DNA of 64,000 nt, taken from positions 3,943,923 to 4,007,922 of the forward strand of contig OY759598.1 in assembly GCA_963662435.1 (NCBI GenBank), written 5' to 3'. This document shows positions 48,781 through 59,268 of this stretch, piece after piece (within the stretch, counting starts at the first letter, position 1; every line of letters starts with the position of its first letter). The translations under genes and the position numbers were made by a program. The stretch is from Dehalococcoidia bacterium (GTDB lineage Bacteria > Chloroflexota > Dehalococcoidia > Lucifugimonadales > VXLM01). Below the pieces are notes generated by a model. The model made no database searches and was not told where the DNA came from. It saw only the letters and a program-made list of their open reading frames with translations.

Positions 48781-51333
48781 CTACTCGAAGAGTCTTTCCG
48801 TCGTGGGAGAAGAACCTCCATTCCGCTTCGACTCAGGCGCCGGAGGAGCCACGGGCGCGGAAGGCGGTGGCGTCACAACCTTCTCCTCAGGCACTTCGAA
48901 CTGGCCTACGCAGGATATCGATGCTGCGGCATCGCCCTGCTTCGGATTGAAGATGCGTACTCCTTGAGTCGCACGTCCCGTGCTGCGAATCTCCGAGAGA
49001 CTAGTGCGAATCACCTGGGCCTGTTCAGACACGACGTAGACCTCGTCACTATCGGCTATGACCTCTGACGAGGCAACCTTGCCGGTTCGCCTCGTGACGG
49101 ACATCGTTTTGATGCCCGATCCCCCACGACCCTGGGTTCGGTAATTCTTGAGGTAGGTCAGCTTCCCGTAACCATTCTTGCTGATGACCAGCAACTTGCT
49201 GTCCGGAATAACCAAGTCCATCGAGACGATACGATCTCGCTTGGCGAGTTGCATGCCCCGCACTCCACCTGCGGCCCTCAGTCGAGGCTTGACGTCCTCG
49301 ACCGGGAATCGAATCGACATTCCTTGTTCGGTAACCATCATGACGTCATCACTTGGATGCGCGAGACGCGCGGTCACGAGCATGTCGCGCTCTTTCAGGT
49401 TGAATATGATGAGTCCTGCACGGCGGATGTTGGATATGGCGTTGAGGGCGGTTCGCTTGACACTCCCCTGCTCTGTGGCCATCACAAGGAAAAGGTCCGA
49501 CTCGTCGAGAGACTTGACCCCGATTATCGCCTCAACCTGCTCCTCGCCACTCAGCGGAATCACGTTTACTACCGGAATGCCTCGCGTGGTACGCGACGTG
49601 TCAGGCCGCAACTCATAGGTCTTGAGCGGCAGAACACGACCCCGGCTTGTAAAGAACAGGAGCATGTCGTGTGTATCCACGACCAAGATGTGCCGTACGG
49701 GATCGTTGTCCCGCGTCGTCATCCCGGATACGCCCTTGCCGCCCCTATGTTGGTTCCGGAACGTCGCAGCCGGTATGCGCTTGATGTAGCCGCCCTTGCT
49801 GAAGGTGACAACTACCTGCTCATGCGGCTCGATGTCGTCGCGATTGATGTCGATGGAGGCGTCGCTGATTTGAGTCCTTCGCTCGCCATCAATCTTCTTC
49901 TTCTGCGCGCGCGTCTCCTTCTTGATCTCCAAGTCTACCTTGCGGGGGTCACCCAGAAGGTCTTCCAACTTGCTGATCGTCTCCTGGATCTCGCGATACT
50001 CGTTCTCGATCTTCTCGCGTTCGAGCGCGGCCAGGCGCCGCAGCTGCATGTCGAGGATCGCCTGGGCCTGCCTCTCGTCTAGGGCGAACCGGTTCATCAG
50101 TCCCACCCTAGCCGCCTCCACGTCATCAGCATTCCGAATCAACGAAATGACCGCGTCCAGGTTCTCCAGCGCGATTCGCAGCCCTTCGAGGATGTGAGCC
50201 CTCGCCCTGGCCTTCCTGAGTTCAAACTCAGTCCGGCGACGAATAACCTCTCGGCGGAAGTCGACGTAATTCAGCAGTGCCGACCTGAGAGTAAGAAGCT
50301 CCGGCTTGCCCTTCACGAGCGCCATCATGTTGGCGGAGAACGACTTCTGCATCTCCGTCAACTTGTAGAGGTTGTTGAGAATCACCATTCCCTGCGCGCC
50401 GTTGCGAAGCTCCATCACGATGCGCATGCCCTGCCGGTCAGACTCGTCTCGAATTTCGGTGATGCCGTCAAGTCGCTTGTTCTTGATGAGCATCGCGATC
50501 TTCTCAATCAGACCTGCCTTGTTGACCTGGTAAGGCAGCTCGGTCACGACGATCTGCATCCGGTTGGAACGCTTCATTGGCTCGATCTCGGCTACCGCCC
50601 GCATAATGATCTGACCGCGTCCCGTCGTGTAGGCGTTCCTGATGCCATCACGGCCCATGATCGTCGCGGCGGTCGGGAAATCAGGTCCCGGTACGAACTG
50701 CATAAGATCTTCGTCGGTCGCCGCTGGCCGGTCGATCAGATGGATGATCCCGTCACACACCTCTGCGGGATTGTGCGGTGGGATGTTTGTCGCCATGCCT
50801 ACCGCAATGCCAGCCGCCCCATTCACCAGCAGGTTCGGCAGCCTCGCCGGCAGCACCACCGGCTCCTGCAAGGACCCATCGAAGTTGTCCACGAAATCGA
50901 CCGTCTCCTGGTCGAGGTTCGCAAGCATCTCCTCCGCGGCCGCGCTGAGTCGGCCCTCCGTGTAACGCATCGCTGCGGGAGGGTCGTTGTCCACGCTTCC
51001 GAAGTTGCCCTGGCCGTCAATGAGCGGCACTCGGAGAGAAAAATCCTGGGCAAGACGTACCATCGCGTCGTAGACCGCACCCTCTCCATGAGGGTGATAC
51101 TTGCCCAGCACGTCTCCCACAAGTCTGGCGCTCTTACGGTAAGATGCATTGGGTCGCATCCCCATCTCATGCGCCGCGTAGAGGATTCGCCTCTGGACAG
51201 GCTTGAGTCCGTCCCGGACGTCCGGAAGAGCCCGACCTACGATTACCGTCATCGCGTAAGTCAGGTAAGAACTCCGCATCTCCTCTTCGAGGCCGTGCGG
51301 GCGGATGTGTCCAAACTGGGTCTTCATTACCAT
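48781..51333 (-). CDS. gyrA: DNA gyrase subunit A
   Basis: [15 protein letters not shown], catalytic AAMRYTE, GyrA-box QHRGGKG and beta-pinwheel repeats. Confidence 0.97.
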   Translation of the reverse strand: MVMKTQFGHIRPHGLEEEMRSSYLTYAMTVIVGRALPDVRDGLKPVQRRILYAAHEMGMRPNASYRKSARLVGDVLGKYHPHGEGAVYDAMVRLAQDFSLRVPLIDGQGNFGSVDNDPPAAMRYTEGRLSAAAEEMLANLDQETVDFVDNFDGSLQEPVVLPARLPNLLVNGAAGIAVGMATNIPPHNPAEVCDGIIHLIDRPAATDEDLMQFVPGPDFPTAATIMGRDGIRNAYTTGRGQIIMRAVAEIEPMKRSNRMQIVVTELPYQVNKAGLIEKIAMLIKNKRLDGITEIRDESDRQGMRIVMELRNGAQGMVILNNLYKLTEMQKSFSANMMALVKGKPELLTLRSALLNYVDFRREVIRRRTEFELRKARARAHILEGLRIALENLDAVISLIRNADDVEAARVGLMNRFALDERQAQAILDMQLRRLAALEREKIENEYREIQETISKLEDLLGDPRKVDLEIKKETRAQKKKIDGERRTQISDASIDINRDDIEPHEQVVVTFSKGGYIKRIPAATFRNQHRGGKGVSGMTTRDNDPVRHILVVDTHDMLLFFTSRGRVLPLKTYELRPDTSRTTRGIPVVNVIPLSGEEQVEAIIGVKSLDESDLFLVMATEQGSVKRTALNAISNIRRAGLIIFNLKERDMLVTARLAHPSDDVMMVTEQGMSIRFPVEDVKPRLRAAGGVRGMQLAKRDRIVSMDLVIPDSKLLVISKNGYGKLTYLKNYRTQGRGGSGIKTMSVTRRTGKVASSEVIADSDEVYVVSEQAQVIRTSLSEIRSTGRATQGVRIFNPKQGDAAASISCVGQFEVPEEKVVTPPPSAPVAPPAPESKRNGGSSPTTERLFE

Positions 51334-51558
51334 GTAGGGCTCCTAAGTGACCGGCCAAAGTGGGGGCGACGCCGGACGAGAATGCCTTTCGCAGAGCGCT
51401 CAGGTGTTCTTGCAAAACGTATAGTCAGTATACCATATTTCGCCTGTTTTCGTATTGAGAGACTCTAATGCGAAAACTCATTGCCTGAAGTATACTTCCG
51501 CATGGCAAAACCTTAAATTCTGCCCTGGCAGTCAACCCTTCCGTTCAGGAGAAATCGC

Positions 51559-52536
51559 ATGGCAAAACGACTAGGGGGCGGCAACTTTCTGTATGAGTCG
51601 GTGGACAACTGGCCCAAGATCGACATCCCTGGCGTCGTCTCGGACGTCGCGACCGACTCGGACGACCGTGTCTACTTGGCAGTCCGCACGGCGCAGGACT
51701 TCGACAACATCACAGGCGTCATGCTCGTCTTCGACCGCGACGGGAATCATCTCGACACCTTCGGAGAGGAAAAACTCCGGAAACCGCACGGTCTGTGGAT
51801 CACGCCCGACGATACGCTCTACCTTACGGATACCTACGACCACTGCATCCGTGCCTACTCTACGTGCGGGGATCCCGGCATGGTGCTGGGTGTGCCGGGA
51901 GAACCCGGACCCGTGGACTGTCCGTTCAACAGGCCGACACTGGCCGTTCCGTCTCCCGTCTCGGACCATCTGTTTGTGTCCGACGGCTACCGGCAGAACC
52001 GCGTACACCGCTTCAGCCCCGCCGGTGACGATCCGGCCGCGGCCGCCAAGTACGCACATTGGAAGAGGGGCTGGGAAAACACGGGTCTGGAACTCACCGC
52101 CTCGTGGGGCAAAGGCGGATTGAATTACCACGACGATGAGGCCTGGGGCTCGACTGAGAAGCATGGAACCGGGCCAGGGGAATTCCTCCTGCCGCACGGC
52201 CTGACTGTCGACGGTGATGAGCGCGTCTACGTTATGGACAGGTCGAACGACCGAATCCAGGTCTTCGACCGGGACGGGAACTACTTGACCCAGTGGGATA
52301 CGCCGAGCCCCAACCAGGGTTTCATCGACGACGAAGGCTTCATGCACGTCCCCGGAGGGGGACGCGTGTACGTCCTGGACATGGACGGAGAAGAGGTCGC
52401 ATGCTGGGGCGAGCAGGGCGACAAGCCGTGGCAGTTCTTGGGCGGCTCACACGGTCTGTGGATCGACTCGCATGGCGACATCTACGTCGCCCAGGTCGGA
52501 ATCGACAACGCGATCAACAAGTTCGCCCGTATATAG
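51559..52536 (+). CDS. NHL-repeat beta-propeller protein (peptidylglycine lyase-like)
   Basis: PHGL, FNRPT, VSDGY..NRVH and PHGLTVD...VMDRSNDRIQVFD. Confidence 0.9.
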   Translation: MAKRLGGGNFLYESVDNWPKIDIPGVVSDVATDSDDRVYLAVRTAQDFDNITGVMLVFDRDGNHLDTFGEEKLRKPHGLWITPDDTLYLTDTYDHCIRAYSTCGDPGMVLGVPGEPGPVDCPFNRPTLAVPSPVSDHLFVSDGYRQNRVHRFSPAGDDPAAAAKYAHWKRGWENTGLELTASWGKGGLNYHDDEAWGSTEKHGTGPGEFLLPHGLTVDGDERVYVMDRSNDRIQVFDRDGNYLTQWDTPSPNQGFIDDEGFMHVPGGGRVYVLDMDGEEVACWGEQGDKPWQFLGGSHGLWIDSHGDIYVAQVGIDNAINKFARI

Positions 52537-52770
52537 GACCCGCTTCACGGCTGCGCCCGGTCTTGGCAAAAGAGAACGAATGTTTGACAATGTATCGACA
52601 GCGGTCACTGGCCTCGGCGGCTGATCGCGGAAAACTCCGATAGCGAGGAAAGTTACGGTTTGGTGCAAATTGTTACACCATAAGCGCATCTCTTCCTAGG
52701 ACAATCCTCTCTCAGTCCTCCTTCCCACCTCCAACGCGAATTCGAGGTGCATCCACCGACTGATTCGGCA

Positions 52771-52799
52771 AATGTCCCACAATGTCCCAGAATGTCCCA
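52771..52799. repeat. Three tandem 10-bp repeats AATGTCCCAN
   Basis: aatgtcccac aatgtcccag aatgtcccat, between convergent genes. Confidence 0.8.
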
Positions 52800-52879
52800 T
52801 TATCTGGGAATTCTCTCTCCCAAGGTGGTTCACCAACGTCTCGGGACGAGCGCGAAAAGCAGTAAAGGTGGCTTCGCGC

Positions 52880-54448
52880 CTATAGCGGCTCGAAAAACGT
52901 CAGGTCGGCGCCGTGGTGCTCCATTGCGGCCACCTCGTCACCACGTAGCCTCACGCGGATGTCGCGCGTTACGTGGTGAAGCATAATCTCCTCGTTCGCG
53001 AGGTCGAACCGGAACGTGATCGGTCGGTTGACGGGTGGCGTGGCGAAGAAGAGGTACCCATTAGTTGGGCGGGGCATATCGGAGACACCCGTTATCTGCA
53101 CGGTATCGGTATCGCACCAGGGTGGCATCCGGACGAACAGCGGCCCTGGCGTCTTCACCCGCACGGTCAATGCCGAATGAGTGTAGGCCGACTGCACCTC
53201 GACCTCAGACGTTTCATGATCGAACAAGAGGTTGACCCAGTGCCCCGCCTCATCGAACCGTGTCATCTCCCGCAACGCCTCGCACAGTGAGCCCACGGTC
53301 CCTCCGACCACGTCGGTGTTGAACCGCATCATCCCGCCTCCGCGCCGCTCCAATGGCTGGTGACCAAACGGCGTAGGGAACCCCCATGCTCCTTGGGTGC
53401 GCTCGGCTATTCGGTGAAGCGTATCGAAACCCTCGGGGTTGTCCGGCGTTGGTATCCACGAGATGTCCCGCAGTTGCGAAGGCAGAAGGTGGCAGCGCAG
53501 GATGCGCTCGGCGTCGTGGAAGTAGTCCGTGTAGCCCCACCTTCCAAGAATCAGCGCCGTCTCCAGGATATCCCCCGTGTTGTTCATCTCGCCCTCATCG
53601 GGCTTGCCAGAGTCTCCGACCGCATGTTCGCGTGACCACCCGGTCTCGTCGCGCATGCCCCACAGCCCGTTGTCGTAGAATGCCTTCACGTTTCCCATCA
53701 ACGTCGAGTCCTGGGTGAGGTCGGCGAGCTGGGCAAGCGATGACATCGTGCATGTCACGGAGTGGGCATGTGTACCAAACAGGTCAGGGTCGAAGGAGCC
53801 GTCCGGCGTGTAGTAACCGTCGAGGCACTTCTCCTTCAGCGCTATGGCAAGGTCCAGCGCCGGCGCGTAACCGGTCGTCCTAAAATACTTGACCAGCGGC
53901 CCGATCGCCCGGGCCACGCCGGAAATATAGGACTGCGAACGCTGGATGACCATGCCCTCCCCTTCAAGGCGGTCGTAGTCCCAATCGTTTTCGGGATCCC
54001 AATACTCCAGGACCGCCGCAATGCTCGCTGCCGCGATCTCTTCTGCACGTTCCGATCCGCGATACTCCACGAGCGCATTCAGGGCGTGGAAGCCCTCTCG
54101 TATGTGGTGGGGGTTGAACACTACCGGCGACTCGTACTTACCGTCGTCGCGGTCAAGAGGAAATGGCACCGGGCCACTGTACGAGTAGAAGCAGGCATTG
54201 GTGAACTTCTCGATCACCTCCTCGTCAACGTCCAGCCCAGCTGCGTCCTCAGCATTGAGCAACGCGTTCAAGTGCCGCCCAGGCACGTGACTCTCCAGGG
54301 GTATGCCGAAATACGCTTCGGGCAGCACTGCCACTCGAAAGTAGGGAACGTCGTCTCCATCGGGGTCGAAGATGCTGCACATAGCGTTCTGTGCCAGCTC
54401 AATGGCCCCAATTATGTCCGTCGTATTTACGTCGGTCAGTCGCGTCAT
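52880..54448 (-). CDS. Hypothetical protein, possible GH127-like (alpha/alpha)6 barrel plus beta-sandwich
   Basis: Long coding-like ORF with a helical N-part and C-terminal WVNLL...LFVRMPPW, reminiscent of GH127/146. The family call is tentative. Confidence 0.6.
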   Translation of the reverse strand: MTRLTDVNTTDIIGAIELAQNAMCSIFDPDGDDVPYFRVAVLPEAYFGIPLESHVPGRHLNALLNAEDAAGLDVDEEVIEKFTNACFYSYSGPVPFPLDRDDGKYESPVVFNPHHIREGFHALNALVEYRGSERAEEIAAASIAAVLEYWDPENDWDYDRLEGEGMVIQRSQSYISGVARAIGPLVKYFRTTGYAPALDLAIALKEKCLDGYYTPDGSFDPDLFGTHAHSVTCTMSSLAQLADLTQDSTLMGNVKAFYDNGLWGMRDETGWSREHAVGDSGKPDEGEMNNTGDILETALILGRWGYTDYFHDAERILRCHLLPSQLRDISWIPTPDNPEGFDTLHRIAERTQGAWGFPTPFGHQPLERRGGGMMRFNTDVVGGTVGSLCEALREMTRFDEAGHWVNLLFDHETSEVEVQSAYTHSALTVRVKTPGPLFVRMPPWCDTDTVQITGVSDMPRPTNGYLFFATPPVNRPITFRFDLANEEIMLHHVTRDIRVRLRGDEVAAMEHHGADLTFFEPL

Positions 54449-54655
54449 TGCACTGGCTCCCTCGTCGTTCGTAACCTGAATCGCGGGTATTCTATCCTTC
54501 CTATCAACGTTCCGACAGAGTACGGACAACGTAACCGTCCCCCGCCTCGCCTCCTCCCACCACCGCTAATCACAAGTATGAACCTCTACCAACCTTTCTT
54601 GGGGCGGCTTTCAAAACCCAACCTTTCTACCTGCTAATTCCCACAAGTTCCCCCA

Positions 54656-54679
54656 TAGGGGCGACCCTTGTGGTCGTCC
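54656..54679. repeat. GTAG-type REP-like element
   Basis: TAGGGGCGACC-cttgt-GGTCGTCC. Confidence 0.55.
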
Positions 54680-54769
54680 AGCCCGGTTTAACCCGATACC
54701 GTAATTCTGTACTATGTGCGGAGCGCCGAAGTGGTAGAGACAAGCAAACGCCGAGAGAGGGAGACAACG

Positions 54770-55996
54770 ATGTTCGACGAAGCTACTGACATGAGCGTGA
54801 TACGTCCCCGCATCGAGAGGATTCGTGCTTGGCTGGAGTCCAGGAATCTCGGCGCGCTATTTGTCTACTCACCCGCCGCCGAGCACAAGTGGGGACAGAC
54901 CGCTCACGTCGCCTACCTGACAGGCTGGGCCAACCATGATCGCATCGTCGACTCTGCCGTCGTGGTACCCGTGGAAGGCGAGCCCGCCCTTATGTTTGCC
55001 GGCCTTCCCTATATGCTGGAACAGATCGACCAGGTGTCCCCGATCGAGGACGTGCGGATGGTCAAGGCCGTCGATCCCAACGCGGTGGCTGTGGACGCCA
55101 AGACCCTCGGCGGCGCGAGAGGGCCTCGCACCTTTGCTGAGGAGGCGGTGGCCATCATGCGCGAAAGCGAGATATTCAATGAGCGGGTCGGTGTGGTAGG
55201 CGTTGACAACATGCCCGTTCCCTTCTACGAACACTTGCAAGCTGAGTTGGGCGACAACCTCGTGCGCGGTGACGACATTGTGGCGGAGCTTCGGGCCGTC
55301 AAGACACCCGAGGAACTCGAACTCATCAGGCACGCCGCTCACCTTGGCGACATCGGGTTCCAGACGATGGTCGATGTGGCGCAACCCGGTATGCGTGGAC
55401 TAGAGATCGTCGCCGAAATGGAGCACGCCGTCCGGAAGGCCGGCGCCGATCACGCAAAGTTCTGGATGGGGTCAGGCCCCGACACGAAGTGGGAGGACAC
55501 CAGGCTCGACATCCGGCCGCACCTGCGAGTCCTCCAGGAAGGCGACTTCATGAACACCTGCTCGTACGTCGTTTACAAGGGGTACTGGAGCCACGGCCAA
55601 AGGGCGGGAACACTCATGCGCCGCAACGGGTATCTTGACGGCATCATGCAGACCGCTATCGACTCGCAGACCGCAGGCATCGAGCAGATGCGCCCCGGCA
55701 ACCGGGCGGGTAATATCGCGAAGGCCATCCGTGAAACATGCGAGGCCGCCGGATGGTCGCTGCTGGGAGGACGTGTCGGACACGGTATCGGAATGGACTA
55801 TAGCGAGCGTCCCAGTCCTGCCGAGAGCAACGATGCCATCCTCGAGGCGGGAAACACGATTATCCTGCACTCCGCCTTCGCCCTGCCCGGCTCCGGCAAG
55901 ATGTTCGTCCCTCTCGGAGACCACATGCACGTCGGAAAGGACGGGCCTGAGTTCCTTATGGGATTCGAGCGTGGCCTCTTCGTCGCGGGCGAGTGA
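54770..55996 (+). CDS. M24 (pita-bread / creatinase-like) family protein
   Basis: Creatinase_N-like N-terminus, LRAVKTPEELE and GHGIG. Confidence 0.85.
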   Translation: MFDEATDMSVIRPRIERIRAWLESRNLGALFVYSPAAEHKWGQTAHVAYLTGWANHDRIVDSAVVVPVEGEPALMFAGLPYMLEQIDQVSPIEDVRMVKAVDPNAVAVDAKTLGGARGPRTFAEEAVAIMRESEIFNERVGVVGVDNMPVPFYEHLQAELGDNLVRGDDIVAELRAVKTPEELELIRHAAHLGDIGFQTMVDVAQPGMRGLEIVAEMEHAVRKAGADHAKFWMGSGPDTKWEDTRLDIRPHLRVLQEGDFMNTCSYVVYKGYWSHGQRAGTLMRRNGYLDGIMQTAIDSQTAGIEQMRPGNRAGNIAKAIRETCEAAGWSLLGGRVGHGIGMDYSERPSPAESNDAILEAGNTIILHSAFALPGSGKMFVPLGDHMHVGKDGPEFLMGFERGLFVAGE

Positions 55997-56149
55997 GGCG
56001 TGAGGGTCCTCATGTTCAAAGTCACGTCCTCACCTTAAGCAGGCACTCCGGAACCGGCCCCTTCAAGACTGTGCCATTGTTTTCTCTGTCTCTGGGGTGA
56101 TGCGGTATACTAACCCGCACATACCCTTGGGGCTTGACGAAGACCGCAA

Positions 56150-57418
56150 ATGCTGAGCATCGAAACAATTCGGAACGAGACCGACCTGGTCAAGAACTCT
56201 ATTGCCAACCGCGGGCTGACCGGCAGCATCGACCGTATTCTCGAACTGGACCTGCGAAGGCGTGAACTCATAGCTGAGACCGATACCCTGCGCTCACATC
56301 GCAACGAGGTTAGCGGCAAGCTGGGTAGGACGAAGGAAAAGCCACCGGAACTTATCGCGGAGATGCGGGAGGTCGGCTCTCGCATCAAGCAACTCGAAGG
56401 AGATCTCCGCGAAGTCGTAGCCGAATATGACGCACTGCTTTTGGACGTACCGAACATCCCCGAGGACGAAGTGCCTGTTGGAGATGACGACGGCCACAAC
56501 GTTGTAATCAAAACAGTGGGCTCACCACCCGACCTCTCATTCGAACCAAAACCTCACTGGGAATTGGGAGAGGCGCTAGACATCATCGACTTTCGGCGAG
56601 CGGTCAAGCTGTCAGGTTCGCGGTTCTATATCTTCAAGGGCAAGGGAGCGACCCTCCAGCGGGCCCTCATTACTTGGCTCCTCGACGTTCATGTCAACGA
56701 GTTTGGGATGCAGGAACTCTACGTTCCCCACATGGTCACGCGGGAGGCGGCCACTGGCAGCGGCCAGTTGCCAAAATTTGCCGACACGATGTACCACGAC
56801 GAAGAGGACGACCTCTGGATGATCCCAACCGCCGAAGTACCCATCACGAACCTCCATGCCGATGAGATAATCGAGCCGGGCGTACTCCCTCTGAAGTACG
56901 TCGCGCACTCACCCTCATATCGTCGCGAGAAGGCGGCGGCCGGCCGCGACACGCGGGGGATCAAGCGAGTCCACCAGTTCGAAAAGGTTGAGATGTTCCG
57001 CTTCACCGAGCCGGAGGACTCCCCAGCCGCCTTGGCCGAAATGGTCGCGGACGCCGAGGAGCTGTGCAGCCGCCTGGGACTCCAATACCGCGTCCTCCTA
57101 CAGTGCACGGGCGATCTGGGCTTCGCCTCGATAAAGACATACGATGTGGAACTCTGGGCGGCAGGAAGCGGAGACTGGCTCGAGGTCAGTTCCGTCTCTA
57201 ACTGCACGGACTTTCAGGCACGCCGTGCCAAGATTCGGTATCGCTCGGAAGACGGCGCCCGTCCGCAACTCGCGCATACACTAAACGGCTCCGGCCTGGG
57301 CATTCCCCGTACCCTAATTGCCATCATGGAAAACTACCAGCAAGCAGACGGCTCGATCGTAGTACCCGAAGTCCTGCAACCATACGCTGGATTCGACAAA
57401 ATCGAAGCTCCAAAGTAA
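56150..57418 (+). CDS. serS: Seryl-tRNA synthetase
   Basis: PTAEVP, RGIKRVHQFEKVE, EVSSVSNCTDFQARR and TLNGSG. Confidence 0.98.
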   Translation: MLSIETIRNETDLVKNSIANRGLTGSIDRILELDLRRRELIAETDTLRSHRNEVSGKLGRTKEKPPELIAEMREVGSRIKQLEGDLREVVAEYDALLLDVPNIPEDEVPVGDDDGHNVVIKTVGSPPDLSFEPKPHWELGEALDIIDFRRAVKLSGSRFYIFKGKGATLQRALITWLLDVHVNEFGMQELYVPHMVTREAATGSGQLPKFADTMYHDEEDDLWMIPTAEVPITNLHADEIIEPGVLPLKYVAHSPSYRREKAAAGRDTRGIKRVHQFEKVEMFRFTEPEDSPAALAEMVADAEELCSRLGLQYRVLLQCTGDLGFASIKTYDVELWAAGSGDWLEVSSVSNCTDFQARRAKIRYRSEDGARPQLAHTLNGSGLGIPRTLIAIMENYQQADGSIVVPEVLQPYAGFDKIEAPK

Positions 57419-57510
57419 CAAGAGAGTACTCTCTCCAACAAAATCGAGCCTACAAACCACCCAAGACGTGCGAGCACAGATTTGGGCCAAGAAAAAGCAA
57501 GGAGTGCCTC

Positions 57511-58308
57511 ATGGCAATCAAAGTTAATTGGCGAGACGTCACACCGTACATAGGACATGAGACTGCGATAGTCTGGCCGATTCTGGGACCGACCACTGCG
57601 GGCGAGTCGTCGTCATACATTGCGACGCCCCTGCAAGGGTTCAGCGGCGTCACCCGACACATGATCCAGCCGGGCAAGGCTGGTGACTACCACGTCCACT
57701 TCGACCGAGAGCAGGTGTACTACTTCACAGAGGGCAGCGGTAAGATGAACATCGACGAGGTTATCTACCCCGTCAAGAAGGGCGACGCCGTCTGCGTTCC
57801 CCCGACGAGCTACCACCACATGATCAACGACACCGACGAGTGGTTAGTCCATCTCATCATCAATGGAAAGCACGTGCCTGAAGACCAGCAGGAAGAGAAC
57901 AAGAAGATCATCGCTGCATCAAATGCTCACGGCTCTAAGCAGCCAATCGCGCACCGCCACTGGCTCGACAGCATGCCCCATGTCTCGCACGGCGCCGCTC
58001 TGCTGTGGTCGGTCTTTGCCGGCAAAGGGACCCAGGGACGCTCTTACACCGAAGCTCCAGTGGAAGGGGTCCAGAAGATAACGATCCACCGCCTCCAGCC
58101 GCGTCTAGAGACTGGCACTCACTCTCACTCGGACAAAGAGCAGGTCTACGTCTTCACCGAGGGGACCGGCAAGATGATTGTCGGCGACGAGACCCTCGAC
58201 GTCGAGGAGGGAGACTTCGTCTACGGTCCACCGCAGGTGCCTCATGGCCTCATAAACGACAGTGCCGGCTGGCTGGAACACCTCATCATCAGTGCCAAAG
58301 TGGAATAG
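57511..58308 (+). CDS. Bicupin (two cupin domains)
   Basis: HVHFDREQVYYFTEG...H and HSHSDKEQVYVFTEG...H. Confidence 0.9.
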   Translation: MAIKVNWRDVTPYIGHETAIVWPILGPTTAGESSSYIATPLQGFSGVTRHMIQPGKAGDYHVHFDREQVYYFTEGSGKMNIDEVIYPVKKGDAVCVPPTSYHHMINDTDEWLVHLIINGKHVPEDQQEENKKIIAASNAHGSKQPIAHRHWLDSMPHVSHGAALLWSVFAGKGTQGRSYTEAPVEGVQKITIHRLQPRLETGTHSHSDKEQVYVFTEGTGKMIVGDETLDVEEGDFVYGPPQVPHGLINDSAGWLEHLIISAKVE

Positions 58309-58332
58309 CCAGGGCTTCCTCGATTAGCGCCG

Positions 58333-59268
58333 CTAGTTCCGTGGCGCTCCGTTCCCATTCCGGTGGGCGTCTTTGACTTCCTGAGTCAGCCCATACTTCC
58401 TAGGCTTGGTGCTCAGTAGTTCCACTCCGCGCTCATCGAGAATGGGCCAGATCTTGTTGGCGAACTCCGTACCGAAGCGAACGCTCGACATCCTTGCCAT
58501 CGGATCACCCGGCCACTGCGATTTGATTACACGCTGGCACTCCGTGCTCCTGAACGACCCGGTTGGAAGTTGATCGATAATCAGATCAGCCACATCTGTC
58601 AAGCGAATGGTGCGAGTCCTGCCGTCATCACTTGCCGCTGCGACTGGTGGATCGATTGGACGAGCCCTGCGTGGACCATTGGATTGGATCGAGCTTCCAC
58701 CAAACGACTGAGCCGTCCTTCTGACCTGGACGACATGAATGTAGTCGTTGGGGAAGTAGTCCCTAATGGTTGTCGACCGCGTCTTAGTGCGATCGGTTAC
58801 CAGCCACAGGAAGGGAACGCGATTTGACTTCAGTTCCTTGAGTTTCGCGTACAGCGGCATAAAGTCGCTGTCGTCACTCATAACGGCTACGTACTGGGCG
58901 ACGCCTCTGACGTAGTCGGCAATCGCGTCGATGGCAATTGCTATGTCGGCTGAGTTTTTGGATTGCCTGTTGCTGAAGTGCTGTATACCCCGAACAGTTA
59001 CCGCCAATTGTGGGAACCTTCCGGTTGCCCAGATGTCCCAGAGGGACACCCGGTCGGCCTGGACATAGAGGTTCAGGCGCCTTGGAGGCGCAGTCCCCGT
59101 CGGCCAGTCCTCGACTATGTTCTCTATGAGTGTTTGTGCACTGCCCTGCAGATTCTCGGTGTCTACGTACAGCGCGGTTCCGGGTCCCTTATCGTTATCT
59201 CCAGTGATCCCTCCACCATGGTTGATGGAGAGTCCCGATGTCATGTATTTTCGAAATAATTTTACCAT
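58333..59268 (-). CDS. NYN domain protein
   Basis: YVDTEN, KNSADIAIAID and SDDSDF. Confidence 0.88.
   Translation of the reverse strand: MVKLFRKYMTSGLSINHGGGITGDNDKGPGTALYVDTENLQGSAQTLIENIVEDWPTGTAPPRRLNLYVQADRVSLWDIWATGRFPQLAVTVRGIQHFSNRQSKNSADIAIAIDAIADYVRGVAQYVAVMSDDSDFMPLYAKLKELKSNRVPFLWLVTDRTKTRSTTIRDYFPNDYIHVVQVRRTAQSFGGSSIQSNGPRRARPIDPPVAAASDDGRTRTIRLTDVADLIIDQLPTGSFRSTECQRVIKSQWPGDPMARMSSVRFGTEFANKIWPILDERGVELLSTKPRKYGLTQEVKDAHRNGNGAPRN

Noticed and set aside
49178..51468. Long plus-strand ORFs opposite gyrA (and similar ones opposite acs, virD4 and the helicase)
   Set aside because: They are antisense shadows caused by GC-rich codon bias.
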